Shown here in pieces: positions 18,280 to 28,348 of a DNA stretch of 43,793 nucleotides. The notes below the pieces were generated by a model. The model did not search any database and was not told where the DNA came from. It saw only the letters and a list, made by a program, of their open reading frames with translations. The position numbers were made by a program, and so were the translations under genes. How positions within the stretch are numbered: position 1 is the stretch's first letter; every line of letters starts with the position of its first letter. Source of the DNA: an uncultured Thiotrichaceae bacterium (GTDB taxonomy: Bacteria; Pseudomonadota; Gammaproteobacteria; SZUA-229); the NCBI GenBank assembly GCA_964421315.1, contig CAYQXD010000004.1, positions 1-43,793 of the forward strand. The letters are read 5' to 3'.

Positions 18280-20650
18280 TGCGTATCTCCCTGAATAATT
18301 TTAACCGCTCAAACGGGTCCTTTGTCTGCATCGAGACTTGATCTTTGATTTCTAAATCGGTCGGTTTACTGCTGCTGTCGGTGGCCGATAAATCAAGCAA
18401 GGTTTCTGGAAAAGTCAGAAACATATCGTAGCAGGCATCACCCACCAGACGCAGGCCAGGACGATACGGTTTACCCATTGGGTTTTTATAACCTTGCCAC
18501 TTATCTAATGCACCTTGAGACAATGAAATACGTTGTGCGATTTCAGCGTGTTCGTCTGGACGATAAAGCAGCGATTTAAACTGCATCGAGTTCAGCACTT
18601 CATTTTCAATCGTATCCAGCTCCTTAATACCCTGGGTGACAATATCGACAAAGGCGGCATCTTTACGCCCCATTCTGGCCAGCCCGGAAATTAACGCACC
18701 CATCACCTCTGGAAACGCGGCCACCAGTTTGTGCATTTCATTTAACAAAATACCGGTCTTTCGGTAATTGGCGAAAGCCAGGTTGTTAAATCGCAGTGAG
18801 ATAAAAACCAGATAGAACTTGAGCAAATCAGGTGAAGCCTTGTCCACCTCTTTTAAATCAACCCCTGAAATACCCTCCGATAAAAACAAATTATCTTCGC
18901 GAGTAAAGATACGCCCTTCTGAGGTATCTAAAAAACTGTGCAGATTCGCCGACATCACACGCGCCGCTTGATTGACTTCCTTTTGTTCAAAATCCAGTTC
19001 TTCCAGAGACACTAAATAGTCGGCAAGATTAGGCGCTTTGGTGTTTGTTTTAGGCACCGCGTACAATAACTGCATGGCACTTTGCGCGGCATTGGACTCA
19101 TGTATATCCAGCTTAACGCGCCCATCGGTTAATAAAAAAGCCAGTGAATGCACGGTTTGAGCAACTAAGATGACATCAAGAGGATAATCATTATCATGCC
19201 TTGCCATTGCATATTCAGGCAAGGGATTAATCACCGTCTCGCGTGGATCAATCTTTGTATAGGTTCCGCCCAGGGCTTCAACCACCCACTGATAACTGCC
19301 ACCAATTTCTGCGGTGTACCAGTCAATACCAAAACCGTAGGTTTCCACCATGGTGAGTATTTTTTCAACATCCTTTCCTGATCCGGTTTTCGCGGTGGTC
19401 AGGGCATGAAGTAAGGACTGGTTGCTGTAATTAATACCAATGAGTTGTCCGTTAGCACTCAGACGCAGGGATTCAGGGTTATCACTGTCGCCTTTGGCGT
19501 ACACTTGAACAGGCGACATATTGGCGCACTGGATATGATGATCGGGGCGTAACATCGGAGATAAATAACCCTGCCCTGGTTGCGCTACCCGAAAATACGG
19601 TAATTGAATGTAGTCGTTTGACCGAACCTGCCCGTTTTTATTAATGCTGTCAGCCAGCCTTCTCGCCATTGTTTCAACTTCATCACGCTCGCCATGAAGG
19701 TGAATAATGTAAGCATTTTTAATGATACGAAGATCATTATCAGCGACAAAAGCACGAAAATCGCTCATGTCCTGCATTTGCCGCCGCTGCATATCTGCAC
19801 CTTTCTTACCCGCTGTGCCTTCGGCAAAGTTTGTGCTGCGCTCACTATCAGACATCGCCTTTTGCGTATTCACCGGCTTTAATATTTGCACGATATGCGC
19901 CGCTATATTCACGCTGGCAAGCTGTTCTATCCAGCCAGCATCGGCATCAGGGTACAAATAAACGAATAGCACTTTTGTATAAATAGTTTGATTTGCTAAA
20001 CAACCCTCTTTTAACGCAGGCACATAACTGACAATTTGTTCATTAAGCGGAATTTGTGGATTTTTATCAGATAGATCAACATGACTATAATCTTGTGTTC
20101 GGTCAAAACTTTGAACAATTCGGCAACGATATTCATTCACCGGTAAAACTTTACTGCCAGTCAAAGAGTTAAGTAAATCATGTGCATGGCTAAGTAATTT
20201 ATCGGCCAACAGAGATTGATTAACCAGTTGTTTTTTTATCCGTAAAGTAGAAAATAACGTTTTTTTCGGTATAGCCGTTATCACTAAACAAACGCTATTG
20301 GTCATGCCATACAAGGCTAAATGCTCGGCGTGTTTTTCACGAACAAAAGAAATAAATTTTTTACTGCGCTCTAATTTTTCATTTAATGAAAGGTATTTTT
20401 TTGCAAGACTATCATCCCACTCTCGCCAAAGATGCTGCTCATAAACATAATCAGAATCTAATTTTTCAAAAAAAGTAATTAATGATTCATAACAAATTTC
20501 TTTTTCTGCCGCCGTCATTATTTCGGTATCAACACCATCCCACTCAACCATGACGGACACGGCACCGTCATGGTGTGCAATACAGTGTTTACCTAAAGCA
20601 TGCGACCAGGTGAAATAATCAGAATAGTGTTTGTTAACTAAGGGAATCAT
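18266..20650 (-). CDS. virB4: VirB4-family ATPase with atypical Walker motifs
   Basis: 794 aa; HALTTAKTGSGKD, EIGGSY...GG.Y, INPL, LLNEMH, R.GRK..A....VTQ. Confidence 0.85.
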   Translation of the reverse strand: MIPLVNKHYSDYFTWSHALGKHCIAHHDGAVSVMVEWDGVDTEIMTAAEKEICYESLITFFEKLDSDYVYEQHLWREWDDSLAKKYLSLNEKLERSKKFISFVREKHAEHLALYGMTNSVCLVITAIPKKTLFSTLRIKKQLVNQSLLADKLLSHAHDLLNSLTGSKVLPVNEYRCRIVQSFDRTQDYSHVDLSDKNPQIPLNEQIVSYVPALKEGCLANQTIYTKVLFVYLYPDADAGWIEQLASVNIAAHIVQILKPVNTQKAMSDSERSTNFAEGTAGKKGADMQRRQMQDMSDFRAFVADNDLRIIKNAYIIHLHGERDEVETMARRLADSINKNGQVRSNDYIQLPYFRVAQPGQGYLSPMLRPDHHIQCANMSPVQVYAKGDSDNPESLRLSANGQLIGINYSNQSLLHALTTAKTGSGKDVEKILTMVETYGFGIDWYTAEIGGSYQWVVEALGGTYTKIDPRETVINPLPEYAMARHDNDYPLDVILVAQTVHSLAFLLTDGRVKLDIHESNAAQSAMQLLYAVPKTNTKAPNLADYLVSLEELDFEQKEVNQAARVMSANLHSFLDTSEGRIFTREDNLFLSEGISGVDLKEVDKASPDLLKFYLVFISLRFNNLAFANYRKTGILLNEMHKLVAAFPEVMGALISGLARMGRKDAAFVDIVTQGIKELDTIENEVLNSMQFKSLLYRPDEHAEIAQRISLSQGALDKWQGYKNPMGKPYRPGLRLVGDACYDMFLTFPETLLDLSATDSSSKPTDLEIKDQVSMQTKDPFERLKLFREIRNASH

Positions 20651-20670
20651 TTTTTACAAAAAGTGGGGGC

Positions 20671-20943
20671 TTATATACGGCTTTGATGCTCGACAGTGGT
20701 TAACTTTTTATTGCGTTTTGTTTCAACAATGACACGGGCAAAAGCAATGTCATCACCATAATAGGCAACATAAATAACGGCGGCTAAAGAAAAAAAGAAC
20801 AAAAACAGCGCCAGTATTTTTATCGGCCACAGCAATATCATGGAAAAAACAGCGGTAATTAACAGGCCAACTAAACCCATCGCCATGGGCATTTGCATAC
20901 CGACAACACGTTTAATATCAAAACGACGATTAAAAGCGGACAT
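20671..20943 (-). CDS. VirB3-like small membrane protein
   Basis: 90 aa, two TMs, between the pilin and virB4. Confidence 0.6.
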   Translation of the reverse strand: MSAFNRRFDIKRVVGMQMPMAMGLVGLLITAVFSMILLWPIKILALFLFFFSLAAVIYVAYYGDDIAFARVIVETKRNKKLTTVEHQSRI

Positions 20944-21248
20944 TAACCGATCAGTGTTGCAATCGAATAAACAGCACCGGCAATAAAAATACCGATTAAG
21001 CCACCAATCAAAAATTGTTTACCCTTATCGGAATCACCTGCAGAAAAGTACATGCCTGCAATACCAATCGCGATCACACCAACAATAGCCGCCAGCAAGG
21101 TAACAATATCCGTCACCGCCTGCCCTTTTGTTTCCAGCGCACCTTCGAGGTCGCCGCCTTGTGCGTAGCTAGGTAAATTAGACGCATAAACCATCTTATA
21201 CATAAACAAGCTAACCGCCAGAAACAACCCTTTTTTCCAAAATTTCAT
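20943..21248 (-). CDS. virB2: VirB2/TrbC-family pilin
   Basis: Signal peptide plus two hydrophobic helices joined by GDSDKGKQ; likely start MKFWKK. Confidence 0.78.
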   Translation of the reverse strand: MKFWKKGLFLAVSLFMYKMVYASNLPSYAQGGDLEGALETKGQAVTDIVTLLAAIVGVIAIGIAGMYFSAGDSDKGKQFLIGGLIGIFIAGAVYSIATLIG

Positions 21249-21309
21249 AAAAACCCCTATAGTGTGAACTATATAACTATAAAACAAAAAAATAATAAAA
21301 GCACTGTTT

Positions 21310-21681
21310 TTAACGAATGCTTTTGCGCTTGATATTCAGCTCGGTGCGTAATGTCCAGGCTGAAAACCCAATAATCAGTTGTCCAATAAAGTACAAAGGC
21401 AACAATAAAATACCATTAATATTGATGATGATTAAAAACGATAATAACCATTCTTGAATAATGCTGGCATTGGCAAACCAGGTAATAAGTTGCTCTGTCT
21501 GCATGACTGGCAAGACAGGTAATAACGCATGATTTAAAAGCCATTCTCGAACCAGACCACCACCTAACAAACGTGATCGTATTTCAAACATGGGCAAGCT
21601 GGTTAACAACAAAAGAATAAAACTGGGTAAGACTAAAAGCGGCCACAAACGAAACCAGGTCAACATGACGCATGACTCCAT
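21310..21681 (-). CDS. Hypothetical membrane protein in the transfer operon
   Basis: Hydrophobic ORF overlapping the end of the coupling-protein gene. Confidence 0.55.
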   Translation of the reverse strand: MESCVMLTWFRLWPLLVLPSFILLLLTSLPMFEIRSRLLGGGLVREWLLNHALLPVLPVMQTEQLITWFANASIIQEWLLSFLIIININGILLLPLYFIGQLIIGFSAWTLRTELNIKRKSIR

Positions 21682-23288
21682 CCTGGGTTGTTATCGAGTG
21701 TTTCCTTCTCAACATTATCAGCCACGGTTTGTTGTGATAGTTTGCGTATTTCTTCAAGCTTATGCGGATTAAGGTAACGCTCCCAAAATCGAAGCCCGAC
21801 TGACAAATCCTCTTCATGTTCATATTTTGGTATTTCAATATTTTCCCAATCAGCAAAATCCGGTAACGGAAAGCGCATTAACCAAAATGGATTTCTCGCT
21901 TGCACCCCTTTGGTTATCTGAGTAGAGACATAGGCCTGGCCGGTGTCCAGCTCGCGTAAATCGCGCCCGGTAACCCGTTCAACATCACGAATACTGATCG
22001 TGTTGCCGGTGTAACTTTGATTTTCAGAGGCGGACACCTCAGCAACATCAAAACGATCTAAAATGACTTTTGCAAAATCAATGGTTGATGCGCCCTGCAC
22101 CCGTAAAAATATTTTTGTTGCCGCCAAATCATCCATTTGTTCAAGAAAATTAAAGGACACCTCTTTGATTTGAGCAACGCTTTGAAAGCTAAAAGCCGCA
22201 GGCATACGCGCACTTCGGGCGCGAGCCATAAAGGGAGAAAAACCATCATGCACAAACCGTCCCCAGTCATCAAAAAGCAAGGCGTAATAATCCGCAGAGC
22301 TACCCCCTGATAATTGTCGCGCCCTGGCTTCAACAGCAAACATTTCAGTAATAGCAACGGCAACCGCCGTTGAGTATTTCGTAAACGGTAAATGAAAATA
22401 CACCGATTGCTGTTTATTGATTATCGAATGAATATCAATATCGGGTTCGTAGGCGTTTAATCGGTCAGTATGTTCACCCGAAACATAGATAAACAACCGG
22501 TTGAGTAAGCCACCAATATTGCGAACACGCTCATCATATGGCACCGCAAACCACGCTTTCGCCAAAGAAAGCTGCTCAGCATTAATTTTATCGGATTGCT
22601 GCGCTCGTCTGATTAACTCAACACCGGCATCATCAACGGTTAACACCACATATAAATCACGCAAGTTTGCTTGTTTATCTAAACCCAGTAATACGGGTAA
22701 CACACGATTTAACGCGGTGTACTGTTCATCAGAATAATAAGTAGTTGATGTACTGCTACCAATCAATACCGCACTTAAACGATCAACCACCGCCAAAGGC
22801 TCACCGGCGAGCAAATTAATACTGGCTGAATCGGGTAACTCGGTAGAAAACAGATAATCAGGGTGACCGACATTGGCGATGTATTTGCGAATAATATCCA
22901 GATCCCCTTTTCCATCAAAAAACGCGATGCCTTTACCTAGCGATTTTCTAACGTATTCAACATAACCCAGGCTAAAGGATTCACTCTTACCCGCGCCAGG
23001 TTGCCCAAAACATAAAACACCCTGCATCAAGGTTTTTATCGACAAGCTACATTGTTCTATAACAGGTCGGTCTGGATTGGTTATTTCTAAACATTCTCCA
23101 AGCTGCCAATCATCTGAGGTCATGGCTTTAATCGGTTTTTTACGGGTAATAATCAGTAAGATTATTGCAGCAGTTGCAGCAATAAAAACACCCGCAAACA
23201 ACCATGACCAGGTAAACATCAATACCATCGCATCAATGCAAATAATCAGGAAAAGAATGTAGAGTATATTTCTCAAAATACATTCCAC
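21660..23288 (-). CDS. virD4: Type IV coupling protein (VirD4/TraD-like)
   Basis: Two N-terminal TMs, Walker A GQPGAGKS, FFDGKGD, ARARSA...FQSVAQI. Confidence 0.88.
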   Translation of the reverse strand: MECILRNILYILFLIICIDAMVLMFTWSWLFAGVFIAATAAIILLIITRKKPIKAMTSDDWQLGECLEITNPDRPVIEQCSLSIKTLMQGVLCFGQPGAGKSESFSLGYVEYVRKSLGKGIAFFDGKGDLDIIRKYIANVGHPDYLFSTELPDSASINLLAGEPLAVVDRLSAVLIGSSTSTTYYSDEQYTALNRVLPVLLGLDKQANLRDLYVVLTVDDAGVELIRRAQQSDKINAEQLSLAKAWFAVPYDERVRNIGGLLNRLFIYVSGEHTDRLNAYEPDIDIHSIINKQQSVYFHLPFTKYSTAVAVAITEMFAVEARARQLSGGSSADYYALLFDDWGRFVHDGFSPFMARARSARMPAAFSFQSVAQIKEVSFNFLEQMDDLAATKIFLRVQGASTIDFAKVILDRFDVAEVSASENQSYTGNTISIRDVERVTGRDLRELDTGQAYVSTQITKGVQARNPFWLMRFPLPDFADWENIEIPKYEHEEDLSVGLRFWERYLNPHKLEEIRKLSQQTVADNVEKETLDNNPGWSHASC

Positions 23289-23974
23289 AATGGTTTGATG
23301 ACCATGACTTCAATAGAAGGCAGTTTCATCTCCCCTGCTTTGCAGGCGGCATTATATTGTTCTACCCATTTCAAATGACGTTTTTTCTGGTCAATACTGG
23401 TGGTGGCAATAATGAGATTATTTGCTAGATCACACCAGCATTGCCCGGTATGATCTGAGTAGTAATCCAGATCAGGTGCATGCCTGCGCGTCCAGGTTCG
23501 AGCAATTCGATTAGATGCCATCAAATAGTCATCAAGCAAAACAAGATACGAACAGCCTGTTTTGTCGGTTGCGGCATGTTCACCTAATGCAGGCCTTAAA
23601 CCATGCGACAAAAGCTGTTTTTTTGGTGTCCAGGCGAAGCCTGGGTATTTATCACTAAGCATAAAAGCGATTTCATTGCGATGGCAGGCATGTTGCTGGA
23701 CGGCAGCACTGGGCGTTCGTTTTCCAGAGGATACCATTGTATCCATCATGCGTGCCCCGGTTGAACTTAGCCGGAAAATAGCCGGACGAAAACCCGCCTC
23801 ACTAATAACCAGATTTTTTGCTTGTAAGCTCTTTATTGATTTTGATATGGCCGGTAATTGCACCGCACAGGCTTTAGCAAGCTGTGCCGGTGTCGCAAAA
23901 TAATTTTTTGTTAAAAAAGCCATGATACCGTCCTTAGTTGCCATTGATTGCTTAGTCCTTTGTCGCTGACTCAA
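23273..23974 (-). CDS. Winged-helix protein resembling Replic_Relax/MOB_C relaxases, catalytic motif degenerate
   Basis: FAT..QLA wHTH, FRLSSTG, QHACH; lacks a clear PD...ExD/E; overlaps the virD4 start. Confidence 0.5.
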   Translation of the reverse strand: MSQRQRTKQSMATKDGIMAFLTKNYFATPAQLAKACAVQLPAISKSIKSLQAKNLVISEAGFRPAIFRLSSTGARMMDTMVSSGKRTPSAAVQQHACHRNEIAFMLSDKYPGFAWTPKKQLLSHGLRPALGEHAATDKTGCSYLVLLDDYLMASNRIARTWTRRHAPDLDYYSDHTGQCWCDLANNLIIATTSIDQKKRHLKWVEQYNAACKAGEMKLPSIEVMVIKPLWNVF

Positions 23975-24236
23975 ACACAGAAAGTAACCACTGCTCTTGT
24001 GTGCAACCCGCTAATTTAGAAAACGCTTTTACTTTTTCTTTTGTTGTATCATTTAGGTTAATACGGGTTTGTTTTGTTGGCTCTTTGGTTGCACTCACAG
24101 GATTATCACGCACCGCTATGTCTGCTAAATGGGATAAATAATCACGGTAATTCATGCCGGAAATGGCGGCTTTTATTTCAAGCCTGGCTTTAAGCGACAC
24201 GCTAATTTTTATAGCCGTATTAGTCGGCTCATTCAT
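23952..24236 (-). CDS. Tandem ribbon-helix-helix-like DNA-binding protein
   Basis: Two repeats of beta strand plus helix-helix (TAIKIS..LKARL..AA..GM; TRINLN..TKEKV..S..GC). Confidence 0.55.
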   Translation of the reverse strand: MNEPTNTAIKISVSLKARLEIKAAISGMNYRDYLSHLADIAVRDNPVSATKEPTKQTRINLNDTTKEKVKAFSKLAGCTQEQWLLSVFESATKD

Positions 24237-25141
24237 AACACATCCAGTATTTCTTTAGCACGGGTGCCAATAATGGCCTGTAGCTGTTTCTTTGTTACCT
24301 TGCCGGTTAAATCAACATCAATTAGTGCCAGGTTATTTATCGCTGCCAGTTTTTGTAAAATCAACGCCATGTCCTTTGCGTTATCCATCGCAAGAGAAAC
24401 AGTGGGTGTTCTGGTTAAAGTAACGGGTGGGTTCTTTTTTTCTATCTTTGTACTTATCTGATCTGGTTCAACTGTATTTTGCGTTTCATTTAATTGCTCA
24501 AGTATTACATTCTTTTCATTAAACCAGGTTGATGCAGATAGATGCCCTTCTATAATCGCTTGTTTTACTTCTTCTGGTGCATTCGCCAGCCCAACAAATT
24601 TAGAAACAAACGTTTCAGATTTTCCAATCTCAGTACCAAGTGCCTTATTATTCAATCCCGTCTTTTCTTTAAGATCAGCTAGCTCATAGGCTAAATCCAA
24701 AGGCAGATAATCATCACGTTCCGTGTTCTCTGAAAGTTGAATTAACCGTTTTTTTGTATCCGTTTCAGTAACGCGGCGTATTGTTGCACGTATGGATTCT
24801 TGTTTTAATACATCTTTAATTGCACGATAACGACGCTCGCCAGAGATAAGCTCATATCGAAAAGCACTTATTTGCTTAACAATAACGCTCTGGAGTTGCC
24901 CGTTCTTTTTAATACTCGTTGCAAGCTCTTCAATATTTTCAAATATTGTTCTGCCCTGTTTTTTTACTTCGATACTATCTATCAACAAAATAACAGCATC
25001 AGGATCTTGTAAATCCGCTTCCGTGCGCTTAGCAATTTCAATTGCAGTATTATTTTGTGATGACTGCTGTTTTATATCGACAAATTTTTTGTTCGATTCC
25101 GAACGTTTTTTAGCAATGCTTTCTTTTAGATTAAATGCCAT
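24233..25141 (-). CDS. parB: ParB/Spo0J partition protein
   Basis: LA.SIKKNGQLQ..IV, YELISGERRYRA, QLSENTER.D, HTH. Confidence 0.92.
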   Translation of the reverse strand: MAFNLKESIAKKRSESNKKFVDIKQQSSQNNTAIEIAKRTEADLQDPDAVILLIDSIEVKKQGRTIFENIEELATSIKKNGQLQSVIVKQISAFRYELISGERRYRAIKDVLKQESIRATIRRVTETDTKKRLIQLSENTERDDYLPLDLAYELADLKEKTGLNNKALGTEIGKSETFVSKFVGLANAPEEVKQAIIEGHLSASTWFNEKNVILEQLNETQNTVEPDQISTKIEKKNPPVTLTRTPTVSLAMDNAKDMALILQKLAAINNLALIDVDLTGKVTKKQLQAIIGTRAKEILDVL

Positions 25142-25143
25142 GG

Positions 25144-25944
25144 TTATGCCTCAACGCTAAGCGGTAAAAACAATTCTTCAAATAATTCCATATAACGCAC
25201 ACTAACTTTTGAAGACGGGCGCAATATGACAACCGGTTTATTTGCCAGGGCGGCTTCTTCCATAATGGTTGTATAAGGAATCAGTGTTTTTGCTGCCACA
25301 AACATTTCTGCATCAACGGCACTTTGTATTTCATTTATATTTGATATCGCAGCTTTGGTATTTTCACTAACCTGAACATTCACAACGGCTAATAATCGTA
25401 ATCCGGCATCACCTAAACTAATTTTAAGCTCACTTAATTGTTCAATCATATTTATAAAATCAGGCAAAGGGGCTAAAGATAAAATAGATGGTTTTATTGG
25501 CACAATCACATCATCACAGGCAAGCAATGCCGCACTTAATAATCGACCATTAAAACCTGCCGTATCCACAAAAATATAATCATAAGCAGCCAGGTTTTTA
25601 TCTTTTTTAAATAAGGTGCGTAATCGGGACTCACCCATAATGGCTTGTCCTAACCATGATTCGGTTTCGATTAATGCTGAACCTGCACAAACAACGTCAT
25701 AGCCATAAGGTGACGTTGTGCAAATAGATGATGGCGCTTTAGGTGTATCCTGAAACATCTGACAAGCTGATGTTTCATCGTCAACATCTTTTATGCCAGA
25801 TAGCATGGTAGAAGACCCCTGTGGATCCAAATCAATAAGCAAAACTTTTTTATTATGTTTTGCCGCTGCCGCCGCAAGATTTGCTGAAGTTGTGCTTTTC
25901 GCTGTTCCGCCTTTTGGAAAAGCAATGGCAATAATCTGTGTCAT
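25144..25944 (-). CDS. parA: ParA partition ATPase
   Basis: KGGTAKST, VLLIDLDPQGS, YDYIFVDT. Confidence 0.95.
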   Translation of the reverse strand: MTQIIAIAFPKGGTAKSTTSANLAAAAAKHNKKVLLIDLDPQGSSTMLSGIKDVDDETSACQMFQDTPKAPSSICTTSPYGYDVVCAGSALIETESWLGQAIMGESRLRTLFKKDKNLAAYDYIFVDTAGFNGRLLSAALLACDDVIVPIKPSILSLAPLPDFINMIEQLSELKISLGDAGLRLLAVVNVQVSENTKAAISNINEIQSAVDAEMFVAAKTLIPYTTIMEEAALANKPVVILRPSSKVSVRYMELFEELFLPLSVEA

Positions 25945-26112
25945 TTGTATTATCCCCTTAAACATTCTCAAAGAATGTTACATTATACCAGTTATAATTA
26001 CAAAATAAATATTAATAATACATAAATAATGTAACATTATGGCGGAATGTTAAACAATTTAGTAATTTTATTATCCCAGTTACCTGATGGTGTTTAAAGT
26101 GATGATGACTCC

Positions 26113-26382
26113 TTAATCAAATAAATCAGAGTGCGATCCAGTACGCTCAAAACGTACTGTTTTCCCATCAATTCGATATATCAACAACCAATTTGGCTCT
26201 ACATGCAAATCACGACAGCCTCCCCAGTCACCCTTCAATGGATGGTCAAGATATACTGCTGGCAAAGGTTTTTCATCTATCAATAGTTGCATGGACTTTT
26301 TGATCTTTCCAATATCCTTGCCTCGTTTTTTGACACGTTTCAGATCACGGCGAAACTGCGTTGAAAAATCAGGTTGTCGCAT
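26113..26382 (-). CDS. yafQ: YafQ-family mRNA interferase toxin
   Basis: F.RDLKR..KRG...DHPLKGDW...RDLHVEP.WLLIY...RTGSHSDLF. Confidence 0.95.
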   Translation of the reverse strand: MRQPDFSTQFRRDLKRVKKRGKDIGKIKKSMQLLIDEKPLPAVYLDHPLKGDWGGCRDLHVEPNWLLIYRIDGKTVRFERTGSHSDLFD

Positions 26383-26642
26383 TAAATATCCAGCTGTTCA
26401 AAAAGATCCTTAGCATCCTTGGCGTGATGAACTTCTTCGCCTCGTTCGCTTTTGCGTAATGTTTCAGTGGTAAGTTTGTTTGGTATTTTTACCTCAAACG
26501 GGATGCCTTGATTTAATTCAATTTGTCGGTAAAACATTCGAATTGCCTCAGCGGTACTTATTCCTATTTGGTTGAGGATGCTCTCTGCACCAGCTTTAAG
26601 GTCGGCATCAATTCGAGCGTGAATGACTGCATTTTTTGACAT
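26382..26642 (-). CDS. dinJ: DinJ/RelB antitoxin
   Basis: IHARID..LK..AE.IL..IG.S..EAIRMFY.QI....GIPF...PN..T. Confidence 0.93.
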   Translation of the reverse strand: MSKNAVIHARIDADLKAGAESILNQIGISTAEAIRMFYRQIELNQGIPFEVKIPNKLTTETLRKSERGEEVHHAKDAKDLFEQLDI

Positions 26643-26834
26643 TAGTTAACCCTCTTGTTTTCTTTATTGTATCACAAACGGAACACAAATTAAAAAATTC
26701 TGACGTATAATGCCATTGCTGTGTTAATTGAGCACTCCTTGCGTTAGCGGCACCATCTGAAACCCCCTAAGCGATTTCATAATTATAAAATAAACGTTAA
26801 TAGTACATAAATAGCGTAACATTACGGCGGAATG

Positions 26835-27479
26835 TTAAACAATCAGTAGTTTTATATTGCTGCTAGTTTTTACCCTACTCGTTACTTTTTTTGGTTGCGC
26901 CCACGTTTGTTTTAATCCGCGCCGTTGCCAGGACAATGTTTTTTCCTGTATTTGTTTATTTGAATAATTGCCTGCATCCGCTTCAAATAAAATCATTTCA
27001 CCCGTTGCTTGATCGGTATAAACCGCATCAGGCAAATGCTCACCAATAAGGTTTTTATCGGTTTGAGATAATTTTATTGAAAGACGAAAATCACTTGGCC
27101 GATCTAAACGAAAATAAGCTTCTGAGGTGATGAGTTCATGGTAGTCACTTCGACTGCTGCCCGTATTGGGTAAACGGCCACCCCAGGCAACCGCCATTTC
27201 GTGACTGGAAAATTCAAAGGTTCGATAACGACCTTGACCCGCCACAAAAATATTGCGACTGCGAATTATATTGGCATCGAGTAATCGTTGTAATGAACGA
27301 GTGCCTTTTGTTTGTAGATGCGTGTAATGATGGTCGGCAGCTTGATTCGCTGAGATAATTTGTACTTTTCCTAAATCTCGCAAGAATTCTCGGTCTGCCG
27401 ATGTTAACCGTAATACGTTATTTTTTCCGGCAATGGAAAGGAGCTTTTTTGTTTTTGGGTTGTAGTGTCGTCGTGTCAT
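26835..27479 (-). CDS. Replic_Relax/MOB_C-like PD-(D/E)xK relaxase candidate
   Basis: RLT..D..FL..L wHTH, HEL..SEAY, LPDAVY...ILFEAD.GNY...I.EK. Confidence 0.62.
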   Translation of the reverse strand: MTRRHYNPKTKKLLSIAGKNNVLRLTSADREFLRDLGKVQIISANQAADHHYTHLQTKGTRSLQRLLDANIIRSRNIFVAGQGRYRTFEFSSHEMAVAWGGRLPNTGSSRSDYHELITSEAYFRLDRPSDFRLSIKLSQTDKNLIGEHLPDAVYTDQATGEMILFEADAGNYSNKQIQEKTLSWQRRGLKQTWAQPKKVTSRVKTSSNIKLLIV

Positions 27480-27639
27480 TTGGTTATTTTTTTAGGCTAT
27501 TTTATATGGAATCGCTTGTTTTTAATATCTAGCCGGTAACAACGACTGGGATTGTGGATGATGCAATGACCAGCGCGGGGTTAAACGTTCAGCAACCACT
27601 GATGTTAGTAGGGGACACGGGACTTGCTGCGTGGGTTTA

Positions 27640-27771
27640 GCAAGAACAGTTTTATCGTTCTTGCCGAAACGCTAACCAGAAAACCGGTCTTTTTCGGTTT
27701 TCTGGGTAGTGTGTAGCGAGGGCCGAGCCAACGAGCTTATCGAGGTACGAAGATAAGCCGTATGGCTCGGC
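27640..27771. other. Hairpin cluster upstream of the relaxase-like gene; candidate oriT or single-strand origin
   Basis: GCAAGAAC/GTTCTTGC, CCAGAAAACCG/CGGTTTTCTGG, and GCCGAGCCA/TGGCTCGGC with inner GCTTATC/GATAAGC. Confidence 0.4.
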
Positions 27772-28348
27772 GACAGCAAAGGCGCGATAGCGCGTAATGA
27801 GTGCATGTTTTGCAGCACGATATTACCTTGGGACTGTCCCGAGCTACGAGAAAATGGTAGGCGAAGCCTGCGGTGTAACCCATTAAATTTATTGTATTTT
27901 ACCATTAAAAAATGGAAACTATTACAGAAATATACCATACTTTTTGTTTTTTATACTACATTGCTTTTGTTTGGCACAATTTGTGCGTTTTTATACAAAT
28001 GTTCATTTTTTCTCATTTACATTGATAGAGTTTTTTAAAGTTGGTTGCACTGATGCTTTTTGGATCAACTTTATTATTAATGTTCACTGTGGTTAATGGA
28101 TACCACCAGTACAGGGATGTATTTGCCATACATGGATGTATTCCTTTCAAGCTGCATGGATGCAGCGTTAGGTTTTTGATAGAGCAGGGTAGAGCCAGGG
28201 ATGGCGTAGGACAGGTGTTTTTTTATTTATTTAATATAAATGAGCGATAGCGAATTCCTTGTTGAAAGGCATGGATGCCGGGGTTTGGTCAAGCCTGTAG
28301 GGAACAGGCTTGAACCTCCCGTCCGTTAAAAAATTAGAGGATTTGAAG

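Larger units (their letters stand above)
25994..26854 (+). repeat. ~76-bp imperfect direct repeats (25994..26070 and 26779..26854) flanking the dinJ-yafQ module
   Basis: Shared ...TACATAAATA..GTAACATTAyGGCGGAATGTTAAACAAT...AGTA.TTTTA. Confidence 0.85.

Noticed and set aside
27672-28250. Short ORFs between the relaxase-like gene and oriV
   Set aside because: Overlapping, no motifs, in a hairpin- and AT-rich region that looks non-coding.
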